From: Candidatus Dojkabacteria bacterium
Lineage (GTDB): Bacteria; Patescibacteriota; Dojkabacteria; GCA-002793355
Length of the DNA: 64,000 nucleotides
Assembly (NCBI GenBank): GCA_030583685.1
Contig: CP129470.1
Coordinates: 212,345 to 276,344 of the forward strand
Reading direction: 5' to 3'
Below, piece after piece: positions 28,304 to 38,991 of the stretch. The notes beneath the pieces are model-generated. The model had not been told where the DNA came from. It searched no databases and saw only the letters and a list, made by a program, of their open reading frames with translations. The translations under genes and the position numbers were made by a program. Within the stretch, counting starts at the first letter, position 1. Each line of letters starts with the position of its first letter.

Positions 28304-29533
28304 ATGATTGATTTGCGAACGCCAAAACATTTGGTATTACTCGGCTTTCCACTCCAAACTGGAGCATATTCCTACGAAACAACCGCCTTTGCCACCGCCG
28401 TTTTTGAAGAGCTACTGACACGCTGGGAAAAACAAGATGAATTCCTCACTAAGCACCTTGCAAAACTAAGTTTCGTAGGCGTAGCAGAGCAGAGCGGAGT
28501 ACTCACCAATTTTTCGAAGCGATTTCAAAAAGCAAACGTTGTTTCTATACCGCCGAAAGCCCCAAATAATAGTTTTTTCTCGTTCGTATTGCAACAAACT
28601 ATTTGGAAGTCACGTCTTGCCACATACCTCAAAACAAGCGTTATTCCAACAGTACTCTTGTCGCCGACCGATTATCTGTCCATTCCAAATGCAGCAACCT
28701 ATACTGCAATTTTTGTACCAGAAATTGCAGAAAAAAGACTCGCTCCGGAACAAAAATCAGGAGTGTCGAGCATTCTTTCACTCATTACGCAACAAACAAG
28801 TAAAAAGTCCCTCACAACTGCCGACTGTTTATACACTTGCTCCCACGATTCCGCCCAAGCAATTCAAAAGAACTATGGAGCAGAAAAGATACCAACTGTT
28901 TTGCAACTTGGAAATAAGTATGCAAACGCTGATACCACCGCATTATTGCGACAACCTGCGCCAATTCGCGACCCGTATTTTATGTACATCGGAACATACA
29001 CACAAAAAGATAATATGGCTGGACTTATGTCGGGCTTTGCAACATTTATCCGAAGCTACGAGGACACAAACCACACGAAAATTGTTTTTGCGGGAGGGAA
29101 TGGTTACAAAAAGATCCTCATTTCACTCGCTAAAAAAGAGGGAATTCTCGAAAACCTTCTCCTCCTTGAGCAACTGTCAGCAGAAGAGCAGGCAAGTTAT
29201 TTAGTTCATTCACTCGGATTACTGAGGTTACCCACCGAAGCCGCCAGCGGTCTCCCTGAAACAGAAGCACTTGCCCTTGGTGTTCCTGTTATTTCTGCCG
29301 AGCTTCCGGCAATTCGTGAAATGACGCAAGAGTTCGCTATTTTATTACCCCCACATCATCCAGAAACGGCAGCTCCACTGGTGTACAAACTTGCGAAAAA
29401 GAAAATATCACAAGAGCATAGAATCATCGCTGCAACACACGCTAAACAACTGACCTGGCAACACACAACTGATACGCTGTTAACCCACCTTATTGAGTAC
29501 TGCGAAGAGCATAAACCAAGGCAAATTGTCTGA
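28304..29533 (+). CDS. GT4-like glycosyltransferase (divergent N-domain)
   Basis: C-terminal PTEAASGLPETEALALGVPVISAELPAIREM (E-x7-E region). Confidence 0.5.
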   Translation: MIDLRTPKHLVLLGFPLQTGAYSYETTAFATAVFEELLTRWEKQDEFLTKHLAKLSFVGVAEQSGVLTNFSKRFQKANVVSIPPKAPNNSFFSFVLQQTIWKSRLATYLKTSVIPTVLLSPTDYLSIPNAATYTAIFVPEIAEKRLAPEQKSGVSSILSLITQQTSKKSLTTADCLYTCSHDSAQAIQKNYGAEKIPTVLQLGNKYANADTTALLRQPAPIRDPYFMYIGTYTQKDNMAGLMSGFATFIRSYEDTNHTKIVFAGGNGYKKILISLAKKEGILENLLLLEQLSAEEQASYLVHSLGLLRLPTEAASGLPETEALALGVPVISAELPAIREMTQEFAILLPPHHPETAAPLVYKLAKKKISQEHRIIAATHAKQLTWQHTTDTLLTHLIEYCEEHKPRQIV

Positions 29534-29669
29534 ATCGAACCTGTGCTACGTAAGTACTTCACTACGCCTTTCTTTATATCATTCTTGTTTTAATTCGCTT
29601 CAACACCTTAAAATTGCTTTCCCTCCCTGAAACCTCTATAATAATCCAACCAACTTAACTACCTCATAC

Positions 29670-30209
29670 ATGGCATCGGCGAAACAAGCTGCACCAACCA
29701 TTCTCATCATCGAAGATAATCAAGATTTAGTCGAAATGTACCGCCTGAAGTTGTCGCTGGAAGGCTTCCGCGTGGAAACCGCACTTGATGGAGAACAGGG
29801 CTTACTGCGCGCCGTTGAATCCAAGCCAGATCTCATTCTTCTCGATATTTTGATGCCCAACATGAACGGATTTGAAGTTCTCAAAGCATTAAAGAATAAC
29901 TCGCAAATTACGGCAAAAATCATTGTGCTTTCCAACCTTGGCCAGTACGAAAACATCCGCGAAGCAAAGGCGCTTGGCGCAACTGAGTATTTAGTCAAAG
30001 CAAATACCACGCCAACCATGGTTGTGGCAAAAATTAAAGAGTTACTCGGCATTGTAGACGTTGCAAAACCGGCAAACGGCAAAACCGCAGAAAAAGATTC
30101 AGACGAAATCATTGCCGAAAAGTTACAGCGCTACAAAAAACTGCTTGACGAAGGCGTTATTACGCAACAAGAGTTTGATGAGATTAAGAAGAAGTTGCTG
30201 TTTAGTTAA
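29670..30209 (+). CDS. stand-alone response-regulator receiver domain with C-terminal SHOCT-like motif (no DNA-binding output)
   Basis: ILIIEDNQDL…DLILLDILMPNMNGFEVLKALK (CheY-like D-D-K); C-terminal KLQRYKKLLDEGVITQQEFDEIKKKLL. Confidence 0.75.
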   Translation: MASAKQAAPTILIIEDNQDLVEMYRLKLSLEGFRVETALDGEQGLLRAVESKPDLILLDILMPNMNGFEVLKALKNNSQITAKIIVLSNLGQYENIREAKALGATEYLVKANTTPTMVVAKIKELLGIVDVAKPANGKTAEKDSDEIIAEKLQRYKKLLDEGVITQQEFDEIKKKLLFS

Positions 30210-30217
30210 CGACTGCT

Positions 30218-31750
30218 ATGTGGAACATTATACTCACTGCCCTTGAAATCTTTGAAGCCTTGCTCATGGCAAATACAAAGGTACTTCGCTTGGTTATTAC
30301 CAAGAGTCCTGCCTGGTTATTTTCTCTATTGAGTAAGCAAAAAATCATTGTTTACCTCAATGCAACTGCGCAGAAAGTTCCCGCATATATGGCCTTTTTA
30401 AAAAGTAATGGATATACCTGGAGACCTCTCCTCTCAAGACGGGATATTTCAAAACTTCCCGAGACAACCAAGGAAAATTATGTGTTAGCCCACTCACTTG
30501 AACAACGGATGCTCTTAGGAAAACTTCCCCAAGCAGGAAGTATTGATGAGTCAGCGGGAAGCACCGGCAAGGCAACCATGTGGGTTAGGTCATACCAGGA
30601 GGAACAAAAATTACTCAGATTGATTACGTTCGCACTTGATTATACCTTTCAGTCATTTTCGAAAAAAAACATAGTCGTATTAAACTGTTGGTCCAATGGT
30701 CCATGGGCAACCGGTATAAAATTTGCCTTTATTGCACAACAGAGCACCATCGTCAAAGCAATCGGTACCAACAAACAAAATGTCATCGACACCATTACAA
30801 CATTAGGAAACAAGTATGAATATGTCCTTTGTGGATATCCGCCTTTTATGAAAGAAGTTGTTGATCATGGTGAAGAAATGGGCATTAAATGGTCCGACTA
30901 TCGAGTAAACATTGTCACAGGAGGAGAAGGATTTTCTGAAGGATGGAGAGATTTCATGCGTAACAAAATTAAAGGTTCACAAGGAGAAGTCTATTCTGCC
31001 TATGGGGCATCAGATATTGATATTGGTATCGCATTTGAAACTGACTTCTCCATAGCGTTACGTAAAAAACTCACTTCGGATAGTGTTCTCAGAAAAAGAG
31101 TCTTGCGTGACGAACGAATTCCACTGTTTATTGGCCAATATAACCCACTGATCTACTATATCGAGGTTTCTCCGCAGGGAGAATTAATCTATACCCTCAT
31201 GAATCAGAAAACTGCATCACCCAAAATACGATACAATCTTAAGGATTCTGGAACCCTTTTGGACTATTCAGAAGCTGCAGAAATACTCACAACAGGAAAT
31301 CATCGACAATTACTTAAACAGTCAATGAAACTTCCACTTGTAGTCGTTTACGGAAGAAGTGATGGAACAATCTCCCTTGATGGAGCAAATATATATCCTG
31401 CAGATGTGCAACATGCATTATTTTCTTCCGATCTTGGAAGTAAAATTCATTCTTTCTTTCTTGATACCGCATATGAGGCAGATCAATCAATATACTTTGC
31501 TGTTCATCTTGAACTTACAGAACAAACAAAACTGAGTTCACTCTCACAACAGCAGATTCAATCGACGACAAATCTCATCATATCGCATCTTTCCTCGGTC
31601 AACCAAGACTTCGCAGAAAGCTACGAGAATAATCGAGCGTCATTAACGCCACAACTTCACCTTCATGAATACGGAAGTGACCAGTTCAAACACAATACTG
31701 GCCGCATAAAACATGCCTATTATGCTAAAAAGTCAACCGTAAAACCATGA
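30218..31750 (+). CDS. CapK/PaaK/F390-synthetase-family adenylate-forming enzyme
   Basis: ISKLPETTKENY…SAGSTGKATMW matches the PaaK-type FPFTTKQDLRDNYP…SSGTTGKPT block. Confidence 0.6.
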   Translation: MWNIILTALEIFEALLMANTKVLRLVITKSPAWLFSLLSKQKIIVYLNATAQKVPAYMAFLKSNGYTWRPLLSRRDISKLPETTKENYVLAHSLEQRMLLGKLPQAGSIDESAGSTGKATMWVRSYQEEQKLLRLITFALDYTFQSFSKKNIVVLNCWSNGPWATGIKFAFIAQQSTIVKAIGTNKQNVIDTITTLGNKYEYVLCGYPPFMKEVVDHGEEMGIKWSDYRVNIVTGGEGFSEGWRDFMRNKIKGSQGEVYSAYGASDIDIGIAFETDFSIALRKKLTSDSVLRKRVLRDERIPLFIGQYNPLIYYIEVSPQGELIYTLMNQKTASPKIRYNLKDSGTLLDYSEAAEILTTGNHRQLLKQSMKLPLVVVYGRSDGTISLDGANIYPADVQHALFSSDLGSKIHSFFLDTAYEADQSIYFAVHLELTEQTKLSSLSQQQIQSTTNLIISHLSSVNQDFAESYENNRASLTPQLHLHEYGSDQFKHNTGRIKHAYYAKKSTVKP

Positions 31751-33849
31751 TCTCTGTCGCGGTGATTGGCCTTGTTGGGATTCTCAATCTCGTCCTTGGG
31801 CTTACTGCTGTCATTAAATCAAGACGAAACACTGCCGCCAAGTATTACTTTCTCATTACCATATGTACCGTTCTTTGGATAATTCCATTACTTTTATTAG
31901 AATATACACCCCAAGATGAATACAAGCTCCTATTTGCGAGATTTGCCTTTATTGGACCAACTTTTTTGCCTGTGGCACTTTACGGTTTCATTGCTCATTT
32001 TCCCAAAAACACAACTATCTATTCGGAGCCTTTACACAGAATCATCCTTATATTTGGGCTCATTTTCTTAACAATCGCACTAACGGGAAATCATTTCATC
32101 ACACAGGCAATAACCCAAAATGGTTACACCATCTATGAATATGGCTATCAATACACCTTGTACTTCATCTATCTTGCAGGAGGTATTTTTGGGCAACTTT
32201 TTTGGATGTATCGAAAATTCAAGAAGTCAGTAGGTCTTGACCAACTGAGAATAAAATACCTGTTAACTGGCTTTGTTCTGTCTGCAAGTGGGGCATTGGT
32301 CATGAATATGGTATTTCCGATGCTCGGGTTTGATTCAGTCGCCTTGTTCGGACCAATAAGCACTCTTTTTCTTTTCTATTTCACAACACAAGCAATTATT
32401 TATCACCGTTTATTTGATATTGGTACCTTTGTAGCAAATCTTGTAGAAACAATTGCTCTTGCAACATTCTTCTATGTCATCATTTTCTCGGTAAGGACCA
32501 TACAAATACAAGTTCTCGAACTTTCTTTTTACGATCCTCTCAATATATTCATAGACCTTGTTTTCGCATTTCTTGTTGCCTCAAACATTAAAACCATCAT
32601 CAGACTGATTGCAAAAATTGTTGGTAGATTATTAATCACAGATAAAATTCAGGTTGAACAAATAATTAAAGAATTTGATAAACTCAGAATCAAATCTTTA
32701 TCACTTTCAGATTATCTTCAAAAAGTTGAAGTCATCATCAATTCACAACTGCCCAAATCAAAAGCAAAACTGGAACAGTCACAGGATTTCACCAGCGGCC
32801 TGAATGTATTGCGATTTACTCGAGAAAAATTATACATTCGTCAAGAAATTCTGACTTCCCAACAAAAAGCTAAATTTATGAAACAGTGGCAGATTGGAAT
32901 ATTATCACGATTATCCGACGAGATCACCCTCGTCTTTGCAGAAAAAGATGGACAACATGCCTACACAAAGCAAGAAATAGAGGCAATTTCATACATTTCT
33001 CAACGACTTCACGTTTCAATTGCAGAAAGAAGCTTGTTTGAGCAAACTAAAAACTTCAACAAAATATTACAAAAGAAGGTCCAGCAACAAACAAACAAAC
33101 TCATGAGAGCAAACAACAAACTCAAAGAGCTTGATAAAGCAAAAAGTGATTTTATCTCAATGGCAAGCCATCAGTTGAGAACTCCAATTTCCGTTATTAA
33201 GGGATACCTTACCATGATTACCAACGGCGATTTAGGACCAATTTCAAAAGAAGTGACTACTTCGGTAGAACGCGTCATTAGAAATACCGATCAACTGAAT
33301 AATATTGTTGAGGATATCTTGAATGCATCAAGAATAGAGCAAGGAAGGCTCCATATTAACCCTGCGCCGACTAATTTACTTCAGATGACCATTACCGCGA
33401 TTCAGGAACTTTCTGCACGTGCAGAGGAAAAAAACATTCAAATAAAAACAGACCTTCCAACGAAAATAAACAACCTTATCCTCGATCAAACAAAAATTTT
33501 CGAAGCAATTCTCAACTTGATTGACAATGCAATCAGTTATACGCAACAGGGATCTGTCAGCATCTCCTTAAAAGAAACCACAGAATTCATAACACTTTCT
33601 ATCCAAGATACCGGAATAGGAATTCCAAAGGATAAGCATGACCAAATCTTTAAGCGATTTTCTAGACTCGACAACGCAAAACAGATTCGCCCAGATGGAA
33701 CGGGGATTGGATTGTTTATTGCTAAGAAAATTATTGAAGCACATAATGGAGCAATTTGGTTCGAGAGCGAAGAGCACAAGGGATCAACCTTCTATGTAGA
33801 ATTTCCCAAAAAACAACTATCTGTTTCGTCGACTAAGACGACAAAATAG
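31747..33849 (+). CDS. sensor histidine kinase with N-terminal polytopic (about 7 TM) sensor domain
   Basis: HisKA FISMASHQLRTPISVIKGY; HATPase_c DTGIGIP…GTGIGLFIAKKIIEAHNGAIWFESEEHKGSTFYVEFP. Confidence 0.85.
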   Translation: MISVAVIGLVGILNLVLGLTAVIKSRRNTAAKYYFLITICTVLWIIPLLLLEYTPQDEYKLLFARFAFIGPTFLPVALYGFIAHFPKNTTIYSEPLHRIILIFGLIFLTIALTGNHFITQAITQNGYTIYEYGYQYTLYFIYLAGGIFGQLFWMYRKFKKSVGLDQLRIKYLLTGFVLSASGALVMNMVFPMLGFDSVALFGPISTLFLFYFTTQAIIYHRLFDIGTFVANLVETIALATFFYVIIFSVRTIQIQVLELSFYDPLNIFIDLVFAFLVASNIKTIIRLIAKIVGRLLITDKIQVEQIIKEFDKLRIKSLSLSDYLQKVEVIINSQLPKSKAKLEQSQDFTSGLNVLRFTREKLYIRQEILTSQQKAKFMKQWQIGILSRLSDEITLVFAEKDGQHAYTKQEIEAISYISQRLHVSIAERSLFEQTKNFNKILQKKVQQQTNKLMRANNKLKELDKAKSDFISMASHQLRTPISVIKGYLTMITNGDLGPISKEVTTSVERVIRNTDQLNNIVEDILNASRIEQGRLHINPAPTNLLQMTITAIQELSARAEEKNIQIKTDLPTKINNLILDQTKIFEAILNLIDNAISYTQQGSVSISLKETTEFITLSIQDTGIGIPKDKHDQIFKRFSRLDNAKQIRPDGTGIGLFIAKKIIEAHNGAIWFESEEHKGSTFYVEFPKKQLSVSSTKTTK

Positions 33850-33898
33850 CTCTTTTCATGCTATAATTCGCCAACTAATCAACTAAATCAGACTTTTT

Positions 33899-34462
33899 AT
33901 GGCACAAACCGACTCAATCCGAAAAAGCATGTTTATCATGTTTAATAACGAACCATACTTTATTACTGACGCAGAATTTTATTCTCCCGGTAAAGGTTCG
34001 GCATTCACCCGTGTAAAAATGAAAAATCTGAACACGAACCGCGTTATTCCCTTCACCTTCAAATCTGGAGAACGAGTAGAGGAGTTGTCGGTCAATTTCA
34101 AAACGATGCAATACTTGTTCAGCGACGATTCATCATCAACCTTTATGGATCCCGCAACGTACGAACAAGCCTCGATTTCTAATGATTTACTCCAAAACTA
34201 TTTGCAGTACATGAAAGCAGGGGAGAGCTATATTTTGATTGTCTACCAAGAGCAACCAATTTCCATAAAATTCCCCCCTCAGGTCACCTTAGAAGTTACG
34301 GAAACTGCCCCAGCGGTCAGGGGAAACACCGCGAATAACGCCACCAAAGAAGCAATCGTCGAAACCGGAGCAAAAATTCAAGTTCCTCTTTTTATCGATA
34401 TCGGAGAAAAAATCAAAATCGATCCGGAATACGGAACGTATCAGGGAAGGTCAACGGAATAA
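33899..34462 (+). CDS. efp: elongation factor P
   Basis: 187 aa; SPGKGSAFTRVK loop with conserved Lys at the K34-equivalent position. Confidence 0.85.
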   Translation: MAQTDSIRKSMFIMFNNEPYFITDAEFYSPGKGSAFTRVKMKNLNTNRVIPFTFKSGERVEELSVNFKTMQYLFSDDSSSTFMDPATYEQASISNDLLQNYLQYMKAGESYILIVYQEQPISIKFPPQVTLEVTETAPAVRGNTANNATKEAIVETGAKIQVPLFIDIGEKIKIDPEYGTYQGRSTE

Positions 34463-34490
34463 GGTATCCATCCTCAGGGATGATAATACC
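34463..34490. terminator. imperfect hairpin (ggtat…catcc-tcag-ggatg…atacc) spanning the convergent stop codons of efp and 34474..35217; possible bidirectional terminator (no U-tract)
   Basis: Inverted repeat read directly. Confidence 0.25.
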
Positions 34491-35217
34491 TGTAGCTCGT
34501 ATAATCCTTCAGTGTTTGACTATAAAGCTCCCACAATTCTTTCTGATTGATACCCATAAGTATGACAAGTGCTCGAGGTAGTGTCCTATCAAGCGCCAAT
34601 TCGTCGTAAGGTAAATTACTATTTTCAATTGAACTTAAAAAGTTTTTTGCCTCCAGATAGGTTCCATTAACACGAGGATCTCTAAATAAGTCTTGAAGAG
34701 ATACTCGAATAAACCTAAAAGGTTTTTTTTTCCGTTCGTCAGAAAAAACTTTTTTCAATCTGTAAATAGGAACTGCAAAGAGAGAGTGCCGCATTGCAAT
34801 AACATACTCTTGCAAATGAGCTGGTAAAGCAGACAGATCCGGTAACATCAACATATCGTTAACACTGATCACGTCACCAGTGAGTTGCTTCTCTCTTAGT
34901 TCAAATATCGCCTGAATTACTTTTGAGGAAATTGAATACAAATTGTTTTGTAATATACGCACACCCTCATCAAACTTATTTTGGCTGTCAGCAGAAACAG
35001 TCACAAGTCCATCTTGCCTTACAGTAACCAATTGTGGGTATGGATTATTATTTATCATCGACGCTCTTTTGCCAGCAGCAGCAAATGAAAGTAACGTAAA
35101 ATACGCTTGCAATGTCGCATCTTGGACAGGTTCGTTATATTTTTCTTGGAGTTCTCTTAAAATAGTCAAACTTGTACATGAAGTCGGAATGTTATTGAAA
35201 TCCGCACTCGCAATCAT
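34474..35217 (-). CDS. hypothetical protein (247 aa) between efp and epmA
   Basis: ORF only. Confidence 0.4.
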   Translation of the reverse strand: MIASADFNNIPTSCTSLTILRELQEKYNEPVQDATLQAYFTLLSFAAAGKRASMINNNPYPQLVTVRQDGLVTVSADSQNKFDEGVRILQNNLYSISSKVIQAIFELREKQLTGDVISVNDMLMLPDLSALPAHLQEYVIAMRHSLFAVPIYRLKKVFSDERKKKPFRFIRVSLQDLFRDPRVNGTYLEAKNFLSSIENSNLPYDELALDRTLPRALVILMGINQKELWELYSQTLKDYTSYRYYHP

Positions 35218-35262
35218 ATCCTATATTATAACACTTGCAAACTGTTTCCGCTATAATCCTTT

Positions 35263-36330
35263 ATGAACACCTCATTTTTCAAGCAGCTCATTGCAAACCC
35301 TGCAACGAAAGAGCAGTACCTCTTAAAGCTACAAATAATCCAATTGATCCGTGACTTTTTTCGAGAGAGGAAGTACATAGAAATTGAGCCTCCAATTCTT
35401 AATAACGCCCTTATTCCCGAATCATATCTTGATATTTACCAAACAGAGGAGAGGAGAGTCGGCCTTGACGGGATTGTGAGAAAAAATAAGTACTTAATGA
35501 CCTCCCCTGAAGCATTTCAAAAGAAGCTACTCGCCGCAGGTTTTGGAAGCAATTTTGCCATTACTCGGAGTTTTCGTAACGGGGAGCCACTATCAGGCAA
35601 ACATTTAGGTGAATTTTCGATGCTTGAGTGGTACGAGCAGGGAAGTACATACACAAATGTCATGCAAACAACAGAGGAATTGTTTACCTTCATTGCAAAC
35701 AATCTCAATTTGTCGCAAAAAATCACCTATAACTCCGCAAATATCGATATTTCAACGCCATGGCCGCGTATGAGCATGCGAGATTTGTTTCAAGAGTTTC
35801 TCTCGATAGATTTGGAGGAAACCTGGTCTCCAGAAGACAATGCTTTTTCCGTGAAACATTTGACACAGAAAGTTGTCGAAAAGAATCTCCCGATTACGGT
35901 GGAAACATCAACAACATGGGAAGAATTATTCAATCAACTCTTTCTCACTTATGTCGAACCTGCACTTCCAACCGAGAAGCCCGTTATTGTCATGGATTTC
36001 CCTCACGAACTTTCTCCACTCGCACGCCCAAGACCAGGAGAGAAGCACCAAGGCAATCTTTGGGCGGAACGATTTGAAGTGATGATTGCCGGGCTCGAAA
36101 TTTGCGATACGTATACGGAAAACACTGACGCTGCACTGCAAAAATCCACCTTTGAACACGAAATTTCCAAAATCTCAACCAAGAAGGTACATACACCGTA
36201 CGACTTTGATTGGGAATTTGTTGAAGCACTTGAGCATGGCCTTCCTGATTGCAGTGGGAACGCACTAGGGATTGACAGGTTGGTTATGTTTTTTGGGAAT
36301 TACGATTCTATTCTTGACATCGCAGCATAG
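35263..36330 (+). CDS. epmA: EF-P lysine-34 lysyltransferase (truncated LysRS paralog, PoxA/GenX)
   Basis: Class II core without anticodon-binding domain; FRNGEPLSGKHLGEFSMLEWY; C-terminal GNALGIDRLVMFF; TATAAT at 35252-35257, 5 nt before ATG. Confidence 0.8.
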   Translation: MNTSFFKQLIANPATKEQYLLKLQIIQLIRDFFRERKYIEIEPPILNNALIPESYLDIYQTEERRVGLDGIVRKNKYLMTSPEAFQKKLLAAGFGSNFAITRSFRNGEPLSGKHLGEFSMLEWYEQGSTYTNVMQTTEELFTFIANNLNLSQKITYNSANIDISTPWPRMSMRDLFQEFLSIDLEETWSPEDNAFSVKHLTQKVVEKNLPITVETSTTWEELFNQLFLTYVEPALPTEKPVIVMDFPHELSPLARPRPGEKHQGNLWAERFEVMIAGLEICDTYTENTDAALQKSTFEHEISKISTKKVHTPYDFDWEFVEALEHGLPDCSGNALGIDRLVMFFGNYDSILDIAA

Positions 36331-36348
36331 ATAAGCGTTAATACGCTC

Positions 36349-37419
36349 ATGAACTCGAAGGATGTTATAGAATACTCTGAATTCGGGTTCGACACCCAAA
36401 CCTACGTCCGACTGCAACAACAAGCACTTACCGAACGTATTCACCAGTTCCCTAACGGTACACTCTACTTAGAAATCGGAGGAAAGTTTCTGTATGATCC
36501 CCATGCAGCTCGGGTTCTACCGGGCTTCATACCCACGATTAAGCCGAAAATTTTCACCGAAGTTGGCGAGAAGTACTCAGTCATTTACTGCGTTAACGCT
36601 GAAGATATCGAAGGCAATCGGATGCTCCATAATACCGGAGAAACATACACAGAAACAACGCTCTCCCTTATCCATTCTTTTGAAGAAAGTTTGGGTGAAA
36701 AACCCCAAATTGCAATTAATGTAGTATCCACCTGGTCAGAATCGCTCAAACAATTTCGGGAAACACTCGAAAGAAAGGGATATCAAACATATCTCCGCTA
36801 TAAAATAGCAGGATATCCCCAAGCCGAACAAGTTATTTCCGAAGAAGGGTACGGAAAGGATGAGTACATTCCCGTAACCGAACCCCTCGTACTCGTCATC
36901 GGGCCGGCATCAAATAGTGGGAAACTCTCAACCTGCCTCGGGCAAGTATATCTTGACCAGAGACATGGGAGAGATTCAGGGTTTGCAAAATACGAACTTT
37001 TCCCAATTCATAATCTTCCCCTTGGACACCCCGTCAATCTCGCCTATGAGGCAGCAACAGCAGATATCGGCGACTACAACCTGTATGACCCATACCACAG
37101 CGCAGCCTATGACATACACGATGCGGTTAATTACAACCGCGACGTCGATGCGTTTCCGATTATTCAGACACTCCTGCAAAAAATCGTTCCTGAGAACAAC
37201 TTTATGCATCGTTATAAATCTCCCACAGATATGGGAATGAATAAAGCTGGCTTTGCTATTACCAATGACAAACTAGTTGCTCGAACAGCGACAGAAGAGA
37301 TTAAACGGAGAATTCAATGGTTCTCAGAACAGGTTGCAAATGGTCACGGAGAAACGCAATGGGTAGAAAAGTGCAAAACACTCTTAGAAAGAGCACTGAA
37401 ATACCAACCGCGGAACTAA
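36349..37419 (+). CDS. hypothetical protein (356 aa) apparently co-transcribed with epmA
   Basis: 18-bp gap after epmA on the same strand; no motif recognised. Confidence 0.45.
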   Translation: MNSKDVIEYSEFGFDTQTYVRLQQQALTERIHQFPNGTLYLEIGGKFLYDPHAARVLPGFIPTIKPKIFTEVGEKYSVIYCVNAEDIEGNRMLHNTGETYTETTLSLIHSFEESLGEKPQIAINVVSTWSESLKQFRETLERKGYQTYLRYKIAGYPQAEQVISEEGYGKDEYIPVTEPLVLVIGPASNSGKLSTCLGQVYLDQRHGRDSGFAKYELFPIHNLPLGHPVNLAYEAATADIGDYNLYDPYHSAAYDIHDAVNYNRDVDAFPIIQTLLQKIVPENNFMHRYKSPTDMGMNKAGFAITNDKLVARTATEEIKRRIQWFSEQVANGHGETQWVEKCKTLLERALKYQPRN

Positions 37420-37458
37420 ACAATTGCATTACCACTCATTTTCTAGTTTAATACGACA

Positions 37459-38430
37459 ATGAGAAAGGTTGGACAGAATTTCTTTTGGGGCGGAATTATG
37501 GCCCTTGGTGAACTGTTACCAGGAGTCGGCATGCAAACAGTTGCAATAATTGCCGGGCTCTACGACGACATGATTATGTTCTTTTATCAAGGCACAGAGT
37601 TTGTCCGAATTCTCCTGCAATTTTTTTTCCAGAAAGCAAAAAAAGAGGACGTTATAACTGCTTTTTGGGCAATTGATTGGAAGTTTGGTATTCCCGTTGC
37701 GGTATCCCTTGTGTTTATTGTTGCACTTCTCTCGGGCCCCATTCACACTGCATTTGAAACTTACCCGGCACAATTAGCCGCAATTTCATTTGGATTGGTA
37801 TTCGGCACACTCCCCATTCCACTTCGAGAAATGACACAGAAAACATGGAAAGAAGTACTTCTTGCCGGCACAACCTTTATTGCTTTTGTCATCTTCTTCT
37901 CACTCAATGCAACTGAGTTTGGAGTTGCCAGAGAAATAAATGTCTTTCTGTATTTCGTCGCAGGGCTTATCGCTGCATTTGCGGGGTTTTTCCCGGGTAT
38001 CAGCATTTCCTTCGCACTTTTAATCATGGGGCTCTATCAACCATTGTTTGGTGCAATCAATCAACTGATCTCAGGTAACTGGTCGCTTCCTGCGTTGGCA
38101 ACTATCTTCTTTTTTGGTTCAGGACTGCTTCTCGGTATGTTGTTCTGTGTCCGCATGCTTTCTTATTTTCTTCACAAATATCGAACACTCTTTCTTGCGT
38201 TTATTTTTGGGCTCATTGCAGCATCGTTACGGGCAGTGTGGCCCTTTTTGTCAGAAACGGGAGAAGTACTCTTACCGTGGGAAGTACGAATTAGCACCTT
38301 TACCTCACAAGTTGCCCTCATTACTGTTGCATTTCTCCTCGTAAGTGGTGTTAGAAAACTCGCAGAAGGAAAGGGAACCTTTTCAACGAGTTTCGGTCCA
38401 AAAGAGAAAACTATTGTCACGACTTATTAA
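37459..38430 (+). CDS. polytopic integral membrane protein (about 8-9 TM; DUF368-like is a guess)
   Basis: Hydropathy only. Confidence 0.45.
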   Translation: MRKVGQNFFWGGIMALGELLPGVGMQTVAIIAGLYDDMIMFFYQGTEFVRILLQFFFQKAKKEDVITAFWAIDWKFGIPVAVSLVFIVALLSGPIHTAFETYPAQLAAISFGLVFGTLPIPLREMTQKTWKEVLLAGTTFIAFVIFFSLNATEFGVAREINVFLYFVAGLIAAFAGFFPGISISFALLIMGLYQPLFGAINQLISGNWSLPALATIFFFGSGLLLGMLFCVRMLSYFLHKYRTLFLAFIFGLIAASLRAVWPFLSETGEVLLPWEVRISTFTSQVALITVAFLLVSGVRKLAEGKGTFSTSFGPKEKTIVTTY

Positions 38431-38446
38431 CTGGTATACTACCACC

Positions 38447-38938
38447 ATGAAAAAACAACCTATCCCGGCAAACCCATCACTCATGAAACTTACAGAGTAT
38501 ATTGTGCCAACAATTATTTGGCTCGCACTCATCAGTGCATTAATTTTAGTTTATTATGTTATGACAAACAACGGAACAACAACATCACAAGGAACGCCAC
38601 AAACAGTCGATTCTGACTCCTTTGCAATCAAAACAGTGCAAGAAGGCACAGGAGAAGAGGGTGCAAAAAATGGCCAGACCGTTTCTGTTCACTATACCGG
38701 AAGGCTAAAAGACGGAACGAAATTCGACAGTTCACTTGATAGAAACGAGCCCTTTAGCTTTACGCTTGGTGCAGGAGAAGTTATCCAAGGGTGGGACCTC
38801 GGCGTTTTGGGAATGAAAATTGGAGAAAAGCGAGAATTAACCATTCCTGCCTCCCTCGGTTATGGAGCATCAGGGGTCGGTCCAATTCCTCCCAATGCAA
38901 CGCTCATTTTCGAAGTGGAAATGATACAATTCGAATAG
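38447..38938 (+). CDS. membrane-anchored FKBP-type peptidyl-prolyl cis-trans isomerase (start trimmed to [10 protein letters not shown])
   Basis: [16 protein letters not shown]…[38 protein letters not shown]…[13 protein letters not shown]; N-terminal TM. Confidence 0.8.
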   Translation: MKKQPIPANPSLMKLTEYIVPTIIWLALISALILVYYVMTNNGTTTSQGTPQTVDSDSFAIKTVQEGTGEEGAKNGQTVSVHYTGRLKDGTKFDSSLDRNEPFSFTLGAGEVIQGWDLGVLGMKIGEKRELTIPASLGYGASGVGPIPPNATLIFEVEMIQFE

Positions 38939-38991
38939 TGACAAAAACACAAGACTACGAAACTACCAAAGACTTTAGTCGACTTGACTTC

